DNA of 34,203 nt, taken from contig LPNZ01010338.1 of assembly GCA_001655205.1 (NCBI GenBank), positions 1 to 34,203 on the forward strand, in the 5' to 3' direction. The notes under the pieces are model-generated. The model saw nothing but the letters and a program-made list of their open reading frames with translations. It was not told the DNA's origin and made no database searches. The position numbers and the translations under genes are program-made. Shown here piece after piece: positions 23,501 to 34,203 of this stretch. Source of the DNA: Lenisia limosa (Eukaryota > Protista > Breviatea). Numbering within the stretch: position 1 is the stretch's first letter; every line of letters begins with the position of its first letter.

Positions 23501-26500
23501 TTTATTGTTTTATCTAGAACATTGATAAGAAAAACTAACCATTCATCAGAGCGAACCCAGCAACAAGACCCCCCAGCTGTCACTCCCACCAAGGCATTCT
23601 ACGACCCCTGGAGGTATTCACTTTCCTGTGAATCCAGGGAACTGGTTGACAACACCGAAACACCCGGACTTGATTCCTGGACCGCTCAAATCTACTACAC
23701 CTGTATGTTGAGTTGTAATAGCACTACTTTGACAAGAGTTGGAAAGATGTAATATATCGTATATAATATGATATAGTTACACATACATAATTACATAATA
23801 TATTATACAATGTATATTCATACATTTGAGTTCTGGTTTTATTTTTTGAGATGAGTGTTTTTTTTTTTTTTCAAAAAGCCGTGCTCACCTTTTCTAGACC
23901 CGGACAACAGAAAAGAAGTGATTGGTACTGTTGAGGTTTGTGGCCTAGTGTGATTTGGCAAGGCGCTATGATATGAGTACAACAAGTCTATTTCTGAGTT
24001 CATGATTGTTCTACAGATTTTTTTGTGTTGCTTAACCAACATCCAAATATTATATCTTTTAATTGGTTGTTCCACCCAAATCAATATTCTTTATATTCCT
24101 TCCTAGAATAATCTACCAGACAATTGCCCCACTATCGCGTATTCCCGTGTTACACTGTAGTGGTATTGTATTGACCTTAACGCAACCAACTCAATGACTT
24201 GGAAGTCTAGCCCCTTATTGGTGAGGGTTTTTATGGAGAATATGAGTTAATACCCCTGCTCTTCAATCTTCAAAAACTTAACATAAAGGACTAAAATCAT
24301 GCCGCATTGTTCGCAGTTTAGCTCATATGATGATATGGTATACTTGAACTTGGGACAGGAAAGAAGACATGGATTAACATAAAAAGCTGCAGAATTGCCA
24401 CATTTCGTTCACACTTCTGCTTAACTATTTGACTATTTAGACGTCATTTTACCAAGCGCTGAACCCCGGTATTGCAGGCGTAAGGGGTGTTTTCGGTGTA
24501 CTATGAATATTGGTTTGTTGCATTTTTTATTTTCATTTCCATTCTGTTCATTTCCATTGGGTTTATAATCTTGTTTGTTGGGGAATTCAAAGTTATATTT
24601 TATGTTTAGGGAATTTTGGAGTCACCGAACATGGGTGCCGAGATTCACCAAATGACGTGCCATGCTCTCGAACTTGAATCCATTGGTCGCGTGTCGCTTA
24701 TCTCGCATATAGAGGTTGGGAGGGTTTATTATTAGAATTCCCCTCTGAAGACGCAATACCCCTTTTCTAAATATTGCAGTCGAATTTAAAAATATCTTTC
24801 CACATAAATAGTAGTGTTGAAATATGTTTTAAACCCCTGCAATAGCGGAACTTCTCATTATGGCTAGAGATACAGGCGAAACCAGGCATTTTTTTGGCTT
24901 GGAAAATTCCGAGCTCCCAGCTAGTTAGGCCGGTCCTTGTGCTAGCAGAACCGATTGTTCTGTTGTGTGAATTTCACTTCTTTTGAATCTCAATTCTGTA
25001 GATTCTCCAGCCCCATAGAAAAAGAGATGACAAGATCCACTTAGGCCTCCACACTCTTCGGTCCATTCTCTGTGGGCTGGCTAGCAATGTTATTGGGAGG
25101 TATTGTATTTCTCAACAAATTCGGTAGTATATGATATACAGTATATGCATATAATATATTAGCTATATTTACATCATTGGTTTTCTGGTTTATTTCATCA
25201 ATATATATATATACCTTCACCCATCCCCTTCTAGCCCTATGGCCTTGCGACTCAACACACGTTGCCTTTATCTGCCCTAAGGCGATCCAGTTCGAATCAG
25301 AGCAAGTGGCAGTTCAAGGAGGCGTGGGAGAGAATATTGTTCGAGGGGGGGGGGGTACNNNNNNNNNNNNNNNNNNNNNNNNNNNNNNNNNNNNNNNNNN
25401 NNNNNNNNNNNNNNNNNNNNNNNNNNNNNNNNNNNNNNNNNNNNNNNNNNNNNNNNNNNNNNNNNNNNNNNNNNNNNNNNNNNTTGAAGGACTTCTAGAG
25501 ATGATGATCACACAATAGTTTTACATTTTGAAAATCTTGGTAACACTTCAGGTGATCAAGTCCGATCCAAAGTTTTCAGACCTACCCCAAGACCATAACG
25601 TTGCTCGACCCAAACTGGCCCTCCATTTCTCCATCCTTGGGTTCAGGTTGGAGGCCCAGTGGAAATGGGTTAACATATTAAAGATCATATATCATATTAT
25701 TTTATCAAATAATAGAGTTAGCTACATGTATTCCCAAGACCCCTTAGTAGCCACTATACCCTCACATGACCCAACCTACGACTTTCTCTTTAAAAATTTG
25801 ACTGTACTGTCTCATATTCCCATTTTTCTGTTTTTGATTCCGCAGACCCTTCCGTCCCACAGCCACCACCATTCCTGAATTTCAAGTCCTCCATACTGCT
25901 CTCATGCGCCCGATTGGTACGAAGATCTGTCCTGGGTTACGGCTTCTTTCCAACTCTTTCATCTCAGTTTTTTTATTATTATTGATTCAAAAACATATGA
26001 GTGTGACTTACTTTCTCACCCCCGTACAGTTTTCCCAGGTCAACCTGAAATGGAAATTCCTCGTGACACCGCCTCTGTGAGACCCTTTCCCATCGGTAGA
26101 CGGGTTCACAAATTAATATGTCAGAACTTGAGGTTGTACTTCTATATTACAACTTCCTGCTCTATTTACACTAGTTTCCTAAAACAAAAATATGTTCTCT
26201 TAAAGTCCTAGAAGATTCCTAAAGTGCCGATAATTCACCAAGACCCATACCGTGCTCTCTTTCTCCACTCCTCTTACCCCCCCCCCNNNNNNNNNNNNNN
26301 NNNNNNNNNNNNNNNNNNNNNNNNNNNNNNNNNNNNNNNNNNNNNNNNNNNNNNNNNNNNNNNNNNNNNNNNNNACAATCATTGGTGAATTCCTGCATAA
26401 TGCTGGTAAGCTTGGAGTGGGGTTTTCCCCCTCCTTTTCCTTCTCTTTGAAATTATTTTCGTCAAATTAAAAAATTTGACCCTTTTAGATGGTGTGGACT

Positions 26501-27609
26501 ACCTTGCTGGAGCTCTTCAGGTATGACTCAATCATCCAAGGCTTGTGCATCCCCTTTCTCCACCCAACATACAGCCTTTCTCCCACATTTCCGCCCTAAT
26601 ATGTAGCAACCCCTAAACCATTTCCCTTCCCCCACTCCCATCATTAATGGAACTGATTCTGATATTCAGTGCGAACGAAGCGTCAATGTCGCCCCTGAAG
26701 TATGGTCAACATCACCACAGTCGGCAACAATCGCGTCTTTGGCTGGCAATTCACGTGGGGCGAATGTTTCAGAACATTGTGAAAATACCCTAAATTTCTT
26801 TTTTCTTTGGGAGCTTTTGTTTTGTTTTTGATAAATGAAAGGAGTTGGTATCGTGAAAATTGTGTATTTTATGTGACTCTTTTAGCGTTCTCAGGAGCTT
26901 TAATCAACAACTTCTGGGTATGTGGGGTGCACTACTACTATATCATATTAATTGCACAGATATATTATTTTTTTTTTCTCTTTCTAATTGCTTTGTGATC
27001 TCACCAGGTGGATCCATCTTTAAGAGGAAAGGGCATTGCTGCGAGTATCATCAAATCCTTTATCGGTTGGCAGTGTGTTTATTTTATTATTAGTATTCTG
27101 GTTCAGGGCACACACACACACTATCCCTAATAAGTCTTCGAAATTAGATGGTAAACTGTCACGGCTGATTCGAAATAATATGCTTGGCTATTCTATCCTC
27201 CACGCTTCTGTGTTTCCAAGCTTTCTTGAATGCCATCTTTGCTCCCCCTTACCTTAGTGTTTTCTTTTGTGATACCTTAGGTCGTTCAGGTCAACCTAGC
27301 AATGATCCGTTTTTCATCCACTCCTCCCCCATGAACCCCCACAATGCTCCTCTGGACCAAATTGAAGCCTATAACAGACTGTATGTGGACAAGGATTTTG
27401 GGGTACCCCTGAAACTCATACAGTTGTGGAGGGTTCACCAAATAATATTGTAAAGAGGTTGTAGACTTGCTGTTTTCCTTCGTCGCTACTGCCCAATATG
27501 TACAGTGACCAGGATAAGTCTTGACCGATTTACTCAACGATTTCCCCACGAAAAATAGTTCAATACTTATCCCGGTCACTGTATGGCGTACATCAGCCAT
27601 TTCCAGTAA
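20578..27609 (+). CDS. Large multi-exon protein: basic/AT-hook-like and Gln-rich N-terminus, two tandem GNAT-like acetyltransferase domains
   Basis: The first exon is MTEPVNIV...DAETL. Exons encode RKRRTTE, VRRGRKPGKK (from 21850) and QLQQQQFFLQYRDQQLQ. GNAT-like 1: SLISHIE|ILQPHRKRDDKIHLGLHTLRSIL...VAFICPKAIQFE...KLALHFSILGFR. GNAT-like 2: RALINNFW|VDPSLRGKGIAASIIKSFI (27008-27065)...FIHSSPMN...AYNRLYVDKDFGF. Several exons touch gaps and the C-terminus is ambiguous. Confidence 0.72.
22919..23047. repeat. Intronic 44-bp minisatellite, 3 copies (third 3 bp shorter)
   Basis: The unit ttaatagacacattgtgaa(g/c)catgct(c/t)acaaccttgatgat(t/a)cc starts at 22919, 22963 and 23007. Confidence 0.92.
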
Positions 27610-28269
27610 GCGATCTAACCCCCAAACAGGTTCGGAATGTTTGTTGCCACACCGTTTGAAGAAGCACTGGCCAAGATCATGGGGTCCCTCTCAAATGCTC
27701 GATTCCAACCCGTTTCGACTCTCAAGGTAATGGGGAGTGGGGTCTGCTGTAGTTGTTTTCTGGTGTATTTGCCTGTGTTTTGTTTGTTTCAATTAAATTG
27801 GTACTAGTTTACGATATGCTTCTCTCTCTCTGTTTTTTTTATTCTGCATTGACGGACAACCATTTCACTATTTTGCCCCTTTATTTGCTCACACTTTAGG
27901 ATTGGATGGTTCGATTGTAAGGGTTTTATTTGTACATTATGAAGTGTCTAAGAGTATTGTTGATTTAGTTTTTATTCTGTGTTAACAAAGGTTATCAGCA
28001 GTTTTTTTTTTATTATATTAAAATGGCATCAAGTATTATAAAATGATCAATATAATATATAATATATAGTGTATGCATCCTGTGTATGCATGTTATTGCG
28101 CAGAAGACACTGATGTGCTTCTGGTCGTTTGTTTTGTATGGTCAGTTTCTCACCTCTTAGGTATAGTAATTCCCACTGTATTAACATAGTGTGATAGATG
28201 GCTCTGAAACCCAAAAAAAAAGAGGAGAACCATGAATAAATAATGCAAGAAAGACAGACAGATACAGAT

Positions 28270-30020
28270 TTAGTTTTCAGGGTCACAGTCGGGTTGGGCA
28301 CAGGGGCACTCTTCTGGGCATTCCTCAGGGCAGCATTCTTCTTGGCTCTTCTCCTGACAACATTCATCCTTGCAGCACTCTTCGGGGCACTTGCCGTCCT
28401 TGCAGCAGTCCTCAGGGCATTCGCACTCCTTCGCACAGTCTTCAGGACAGCATTCCTCGGCATTTCTGGCGTGACGAGCATGACGGAACATTTTCTTCAT
28501 CATTTCTGAAAAGTCAAACAAGTTTGAATGAAAAAGGGAAATAACCGTTTTCGCATACTGTGATGCATTTTCATCATACGAGGGTGGCACATCATCATAT
28601 GGGGATCGCAGGGAGGGTGGCACATCATCATATGGGGGTCGCAGGGAGGGTGTCCCATTGCACCATGCATTCCTAAGGGTATAAAAATGGAAGTTCAAAA
28701 TGGAAACAATGTGCTGAAGTCAACAATCGTGTGCAACAAAACAATAAACATCAGCATACCGCCTTCCATACCGCCCATCATATGGTGGTGAAACATAGGA
28801 GGTCCGTGGGGATGCACCATTGGACCGTGAGGGTGCACCATGGAAGGAGGGTGATGGATTCCTAAAATCATTAGACAATATGTTCACTGATACCATCAAA
28901 AATCAATGTTGTCATTAGCAAACCAGCCATGAAGCCATCCTTGAAGCCGTGAGAGTAAGCTTTTTGTTCACGTCGGCAATGACGGCGTCCGACTGAAACA
29001 TCAAAAGGAAAAGGAAATTCATTGGCGCAGTGATGATCAAATAACAGGTAAAATAACAACATAGCCCCACATACATTTGCATTTCTTGTCCTTCTCGTTC
29101 TGCTCAGAGTCGGAATCGGAGGAGGAGGATGTTGACTCTACGAAATGAGGAGATAAAGGATGTAACGGTAATGCTACCAAATTTGCCAATAACTCAAGGA
29201 CTACAAACGAAATTAAACATCCAAAAGAATTTCAATTACCAAAGTCATGACAGATTAAATCTCACCTTCTTCTTGAGGACAGCAGGGGTGTCCGTGGAAT
29301 CCATAGCCATGGGGATCTAAAAAGTTAAACCAGCACGAGAATTTGACTATAAATAATGCAGTTAAACATACCGCATCCTTCGGGGTGCCCGTGATGGGGG
29401 TGTCCGTGTCCAGGGTGTCCTATAATGTTAAAAAAAAGGAACAATATGTGAAACGGAATATACAAAAAAAAAAAAAAATTATCCGGTATGTTTAAAAAAA
29501 CACAAAAGAGTTCAAATGAAAGCAAAGATTATTTGCACCCACCATGTCCATGAAAACGCCCACGTCCGCGACCATGTCCGCCGCGTCCACCTCTTCCGCC
29601 CATTCCAAGACCTAAATCGTCAATTGCTTGAACAGGATAGGACAACAACGAAATCCATCAAAACATCATCCACATCATGTTAATTATTTCAATTTAAGTG
29701 CCCCTCATACGTCCCATGAAGCCCTCCATGAATCCCATACGGTCACGTCCGCAGCAGGCTCCACGGCCACGACCACGGCGACCACCTCCTGAAGTGTCAT
29801 TTGCGTGAAATGGACAAGCATTTGATGACATGACGAAAGCAGATTAAATCACAAGTAAATCAGAAAACGGTTTTTATTAAAAAATATGTATACATTATTG
29901 ACGATTGAGGGAAATCACCAAATCAGGCATCAAAAGCAAAAACCTACGTCCAGGCTGAGGGGATGAGGAGGCAGAGACGTTGGCAACGGGGGTGGTGTTC
30001 TTGTTGTTAGTGTCAGACAT
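28270..30020 (-). CDS. Low-complexity RGG / His-Gly / Met-His / Cys-Glu-rich putative metal-binding protein (about 10 exons)
   Basis: Phase-consistent exons give MSDTNNKNTT...PGRGGRRGRGRGACCGRDRMGF...GGRGGRGGHGRGRGRFHGHGHPGHGHPHHGHPEGCDPHGYGFHGHPCCPQEEESTSSSSDSDSE...GIHHPPSMVHPHGPMVHPHGPPMFHHHMM...HPPCDPHMMMCHPPCDPHMMMCHPRMMKMHHKMMKKMF...NAEECCPEDCAKECECPEDCCKDGKCPEECCKDECCQEKSQEECCPEECPEECPCAQPDCDPEN-stop. Confidence 0.82.
28580..28652. repeat. 33-bp coding tandem repeat (HPPCDPHMMMC x2)
   Basis: gagggtggcacatcatcatatgggg(a/g)tcgcagg recurs with a 33-bp period (28580, 28613, partial third copy at 28646). Confidence 0.88.
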
Positions 30021-30140
30021 TTTGTTGTTAGTGTGGTAAAGAAGGATCTCTTTGATGAAATTTAATAAGACTCTTTATAAAAGAAATGGATAACAATGGG
30101 ACGAGGAAAACGGGCTTAAATAGATGACGGATATGGATAT

Positions 30141-30188
30141 TGGATTTGGATTTGGATTTGGATTTGGATCTGGATCTGGATCTGGATC
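30141..30188. repeat. Compound hexanucleotide microsatellite (TGGATT)4(TGGATC)4 in a divergent intergenic region
   Basis: Read directly from the sequence. It lies between the start codons at 30020 (-) and about 30385 (+). Confidence 0.92.
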
Positions 30189-30384
30189 TTCTACTGATCG
30201 TTGATCTCTATTTGCCTTATCTCTGAAAAAAACTGACTGTTGACTGACTGTTGACTAACGGAAATTAAGTATATTTTTATTATTTATTTATTGGATTGGT
30301 TAGAGGGTAACACCGAGTCGATTATTAAACCACGTAGTTCCCCAAATAAATCTAAAGTTCTTTGTTTTCGCTTCCTCGTCCAAG

Positions 30385-33300
30385 ATGCCTCCACCAACAG
30401 ATTTCACCCAAGGAGTAAGAAATCAATACACCATAACAGTACTCTTTTTGCCTCACGTTCCCCATCATTGTTATCTACCTATTATCCATCACGCCCATCT
30501 CTTGACTAGCGTATTTATCATTTGAACCAAGGGTAAACCGAAATGGTGTTGGATTTCTTTTGAGAAATATGTAAACTTTTGATTAGATCCTGAGACATGC
30601 TACACTGTAGTCTGCTTTACAGTTGAGGCGTTATTGCTTGGCAATACAGTTGCTGTGTAATGACCGACATATCAGATTCCCTTCAGATAAACCGATCAAA
30701 ACTTACCACGGCCAGTTTATACGACTGAACATACATACTGTCCTGTTTAAAAATGGAATTCTATCTACACTACAATGACTTTATAGCCGCCAGAGGTATT
30801 CGAGTCCCACGATCGTGACAATCCAACCGGGCTGATTGAAGACTCTGTGGTGGGTGGCGAGGTCTTGGCTAAAGTATCCACGCTATTACTATTTGAATAT
30901 GTGTTAACTNNNNNNNNNNNNNNNNNNNNNNNNNNNNNNNNNNNNNNNNNNNNNNNNNNNNNNNNNNNNNNNNNNNNNNNNNNNNNNNNNNNNNNNNNNN
31001 NNNNNNNNNNNNNNNNNNNNNNNNNNNNNNNNNNNNNNNNNNNNNNNNNNNNNNTAATTATTTTAGTTATTTTGCACCATTTCTCAAGAAATTACATACT
31101 ACTGAATTGGCACAGTTTTTACTCTAAGAAATAGCTCCAAACAGCATTGACCACCAGGCTGCACCGCGGGTGGGAAAGGACGTTGACAGTTCCGCCATCT
31201 CAATCGAGGAGTCACGCAAGGCGTTTGAAAGCGCCCACGCCACGTGGATGCGTGGTGGGTGGGGGGCGAAGAGTATTCTTCAGTAATATTAGTATTAATG
31301 CGGTATATCACTGATAAAGTTATCTAAACCCACATACATACAGGGTTAATGAACCAGCCCTCGCATTTGCTGACCACTTCTCCCTTAATGACATCAGACC
31401 ACTCACAGGCCTTGCGACCCCGAGCTGCCCTCCCCCCACCGTCTGAGATGTCCGCCATGCCGGGGAGACTCAAAAAATTTGAAGCACCTATCGAAAAGTA
31501 GGGTGAATTTGATCAATGCGAAGCCCTTTTAGGAGAAATATGTAATTATTAATAGCCTTGGCAATTTCACTTTCCGTTACTCCTGTTTTACTATTGGTCC
31601 TCCCTCTTCAATAGCCACCCCAGAACCTAAACGGTGACATTCCTAGATTGGCGCGACTTGAAGCGGAAGTAGCGGAGTTCAGAACTACTCTCGTGGAACT
31701 TGGCGATGTGAAGGGGGGGGGGGGGTNNNNNNNNNNNNNNNNNNNNNNNNNNNNNNNNNNNNNNNNNNNNNNNNNNNNNNNNNNNNNNNNNNNNNNNNNN
31801 NNNNNNNNNNNNNNNNNNNNNNGTGCGCCGTCTTCTCTGCCGGTACGAGAGATACTCCAACGCCTGTCTGTTCTGGAGGTATGTGATATAACATGTTTGC
31901 ACCGATATTTCAAATATCGCCCTTCCTTACAAGAAGGTGACATTTGCTTTTCATTTCTTATTACCACTTCTAACTTTCTCAGGGTACTCTTGATGACTCA
32001 AAAACTGACCCCATCATTACAGCTCCCATTACATCGTAAGTGCATTGTAGTGTGATACAATTAGATCCAGTTTAGTGTTTCGCAAAGATTAAGCAAATCA
32101 CTATTATCTATTATCACAATATTTAGTATCATAGTGTTCCTCCTGGTATCGGAATACGGCAATATAGAATTATAGATCCACCTGCTCAATTTTACATCCC
32201 GCTACCCCTCCTGATGTACACCTTCTTTTCAGCCATTCTTACTGAGTTTTTTTTTTGAGGTTGTTATCAGGGGGGTACACCCCCGTGTGTTNNNNNNNNN
32301 NNNNNNNNNNNNNNNNNNNNNNNNNNNNNNNNNNNNNNNNNNNNNNNNNNNNNNNNNNNNNNNNNNNNNNNNNNNNNNNNNNNNNNNNNNNNNNNNNNNN
32401 NNNNNCCTAGCAACACCCCAGTCATTACCAAGGCCCAACACTTAATTTCCACCCTTGCTTCCAGGTAAGGTTTCCTTTTTTGTGTAACTGAGAAGTACTC
32501 GTATTTTTGCTCATATTATTGATCCTCTTACTAATACTTGTTCTCTTAACACATTGTTCAGTCCTCCTAATCCCCAACTCCAACCCTTCCAATAGTAATT
32601 GCCTTGCTATGCTCGGTTTGGTCAATAATACAGTCTCATCCACGTTTAGTAGTGCGCTCCGAGAGGCGCCTTCAATATCTCGCGTTGAGCATGACGCTTT
32701 AGTAAGGCGAATGGAGGAAGTTGAAAAGGTTGGGAGAAAATCATTCGTAGTGTAACTGTGATGGATTTTTGAACAAGGAACAGTTTTTGTTGTAATATGG
32801 CAAGAAATTACTTTTTAGTTAATGGAGCCGTCTGCACTTCAAATGAGTCTTTCTACAGCTGAAAATGCCTTGAATGCTGTAACACCTGAGGTGAAAGGGA
32901 GGTCAAAAGTTAATAGTTTGTTCAATTAATACAGTCATTTCTGTCATGCGTATTCTATTTTAAAAGAATATTCTTAAAAGGAGGAGGGGCATTTCTATTA
33001 ATACGATAACCAAGAATCTGTCCTTATGTTTTGTAGATTTTGATTGCTTTTCGAGAAAGAACAAAAGCCATTCAGCAAGCAGTGGGGAGAGGGTCTGTGT
33101 GTGATATAGTATATAACTATATTCTAAGGCAGAATGTTTCATACACACATAATCAGAATTGGGGAGATGAATTTTTCTGCTGCAATTCAAGGGGCGAAAA
33201 CACAATATTCCTTGATGAGAGGCAACGAAATATTTTTTCTGACCCACTAGGCAAGCAAGTTGGAAGGCGATGTGAAAGATGATGCTCAATTTGGTTTGAG

Positions 33301-33744
33301 CGACTTGGCAGCAAGAATCGAAGACCTCAGTACTGCACACAATGTACAAGGTAGATTCGGCAATGTTATTCCAATATCTTTGGATTCTAATGTTCTCTTT
33401 GTTTTTGACCCACCCCTAGTTTCAAGCGCGAATTTGTTGTCAGAATCGAAGAAACAGCAACTGACGAATGCTGAGGCTCTGCAGCACCTCAATGAGAAAG
33501 TCAATGAGGTGAGAGGAGGAGTTGGGCAATGAGATAGTCAATGAGGTGAGAGGAGGAGTTGGGCTCAAGAAAGTCAATGAGGTGAGAGGAGGAGTTGGGA
33601 TGATATTTCTGTTCTACGAAGTCCCTCACGTTCCAGGTAATGTCGTCTTTTGAGACCAACAGTATAACAATGCTCTCGAATCTCGACATTTTACAACAAC
33701 GGTTGTCTACTGCTGAACATCTTGCTGCCCAACTGCCACAATAA
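30385..33744 (+). CDS. Multi-exon coiled-coil protein of unknown function (ends uncertain)
   Basis: GT/AG-bounded exons encode heptad-like segments: KLARLEAEVAEFRTTLVELGD, VREILQRLSVLE, HDALVRRMEEVEK, LSDLAARIEDLSTA, EALQHLNEKVNE, NLDILQQRLSTAEHLAAQLPQ-stop. Several junctions from 31.1 to 33.7 kb are phase-consistent. The start at MPPPTDFTQG (30385) is tentative, and three gaps interrupt the model. Confidence 0.62.
33488..33599. repeat. 36-37-bp tandem triplication spanning an exon end and splice donor
   Basis: The core agtcaatgag|gtgagaggaggagttggg starts at 33499, 33536 and 33572. Confidence 0.92.
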
Positions 33745-34086
33745 TGTGGGCCTGGGGCAAATCGTTTATGACTCTTCTACCCCCACCCTCTCCTTTTTTT
33801 CTCCGCACTGGGATCCATTTTTCACCAATTCTAGATGATGGTGAATGAACTCCTCAGATGAGGTAAACGTGTTCTCTTAGACCTCCTTTATTCAAGATAT
33901 TTAACATTAAATCGTGTCCATAAGACTGTTCTACTCTTGAGTATTGCATAATTCCATCTAAAAGTAGATTATTGCTCATTGAGATTGTGGCCAACCGCCA
34001 AAGACGTTTCAAGAACATAAAACTGTGTATCGAAAAAGAAAGTCATACAAAAGCAAATAAAGATACCATTAGAAGGGGTGATAAGT

Positions 34087-34203
34087 CTAGTCAAAAGAGG
34101 CCTCGGAAATGGCACGTTCCCACTTGTCCTTGGTCACCGTTTTGGTCGGCCGGATGTGAATGACGTGCCCGGGCTGGGCTGAACGGAGCATTGTACTACA
34201 CAG
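34087..34203 (-). CDS. Possible 3' exon of a gene extending beyond the window
   Basis: A GC-rich open frame ...MLRSAQPGHVIHIRPTKTVTKDKWERAISEASFD-stop. No family was recognised. Confidence 0.25.
   Translation of the reverse strand: MCSTMLRSAQPGHVIHIRPTKTVTKDKWERAISEASFD

Noticed and set aside
24850-24925. Candidate extra exon (RNFSLWLEIQAKPGIFWLGKF) in the GNAT gene
   Set aside because: Including it breaks the phase with the next exon, whereas skipping it yields a continuous GNAT-like motif A.
28243-28509. Plus-strand hydrophobic ORF (…FWAFLRAAFFLALLLTTFILAALF…) resembling a membrane protein, and the minus-strand Ala/Arg/Lys ORF 28047-28481
   Set aside because: These are the antisense and alternate-frame shadows of the repetitive Cys/Glu exon, whose frame splices in phase with the upstream exons.
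33488-33599. 36-37-bp repeats (and the 44-bp repeats at 22919) as a CRISPR array
   Set aside because: The units are contiguous with no unique spacers, the context is eukaryotic and intronic, and no cas genes are present.
1-34203. Most ORFs in the six-frame track, including long ones such as 21107-21976 (289 aa), 18511-19251 and 31648-32055
   Set aside because: They are exon-plus-intron read-throughs or are inflated by N-gaps translated as X. The real coding frames are short exons recovered by splice-phase analysis.

Overview
This is eukaryotic nuclear DNA from an AT-rich, very intron-dense organism. It has short GT-AG introns, many N-gaps that mostly abut G/C homopolymers, and protist-like (possibly amoebozoan) domain content; the organism cannot be named from sequence alone. 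The six-frame ORF track is largely uninformative because exons are short, so genes were rebuilt by hand from splice sites and reading-frame phase. Six multi-exon genes are supported. (1) Minus strand, 7140 to the window start: a signal-peptide protein ending in Kelch repeats. (2) Minus strand, about 9314-7504: a SRAP/HMCES abasic-site protein whose start codon appears split by an intron. (3) Minus strand, 19720-10594: a type-I membrane protein made of a signal peptide, a papain-family (C1A) protease domain with intact Q/C/H/N catalytic residues and apparently no propeptide, a Sushi-like module, Cys-rich repeats, two IPT/TIG-like domains, a TM helix and a short tail. A degenerate Tc1-like transposon sits in one of its introns. 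(4) Plus strand, 20578 to about 27609: a basic/AT-hook-like and Gln-rich N-terminus followed by two tandem GNAT-like domains. (5) Minus strand, 30020-28270: a low-complexity RGG, His/Gly, Met/His and Cys/Glu (metallothionein-like) protein. (6) Plus strand, about 30385-33744: a coiled-coil protein. No rRNA, tRNA or CRISPR array was recognised. All gene models are manual inferences with no database search; some exons are hidden in gaps.
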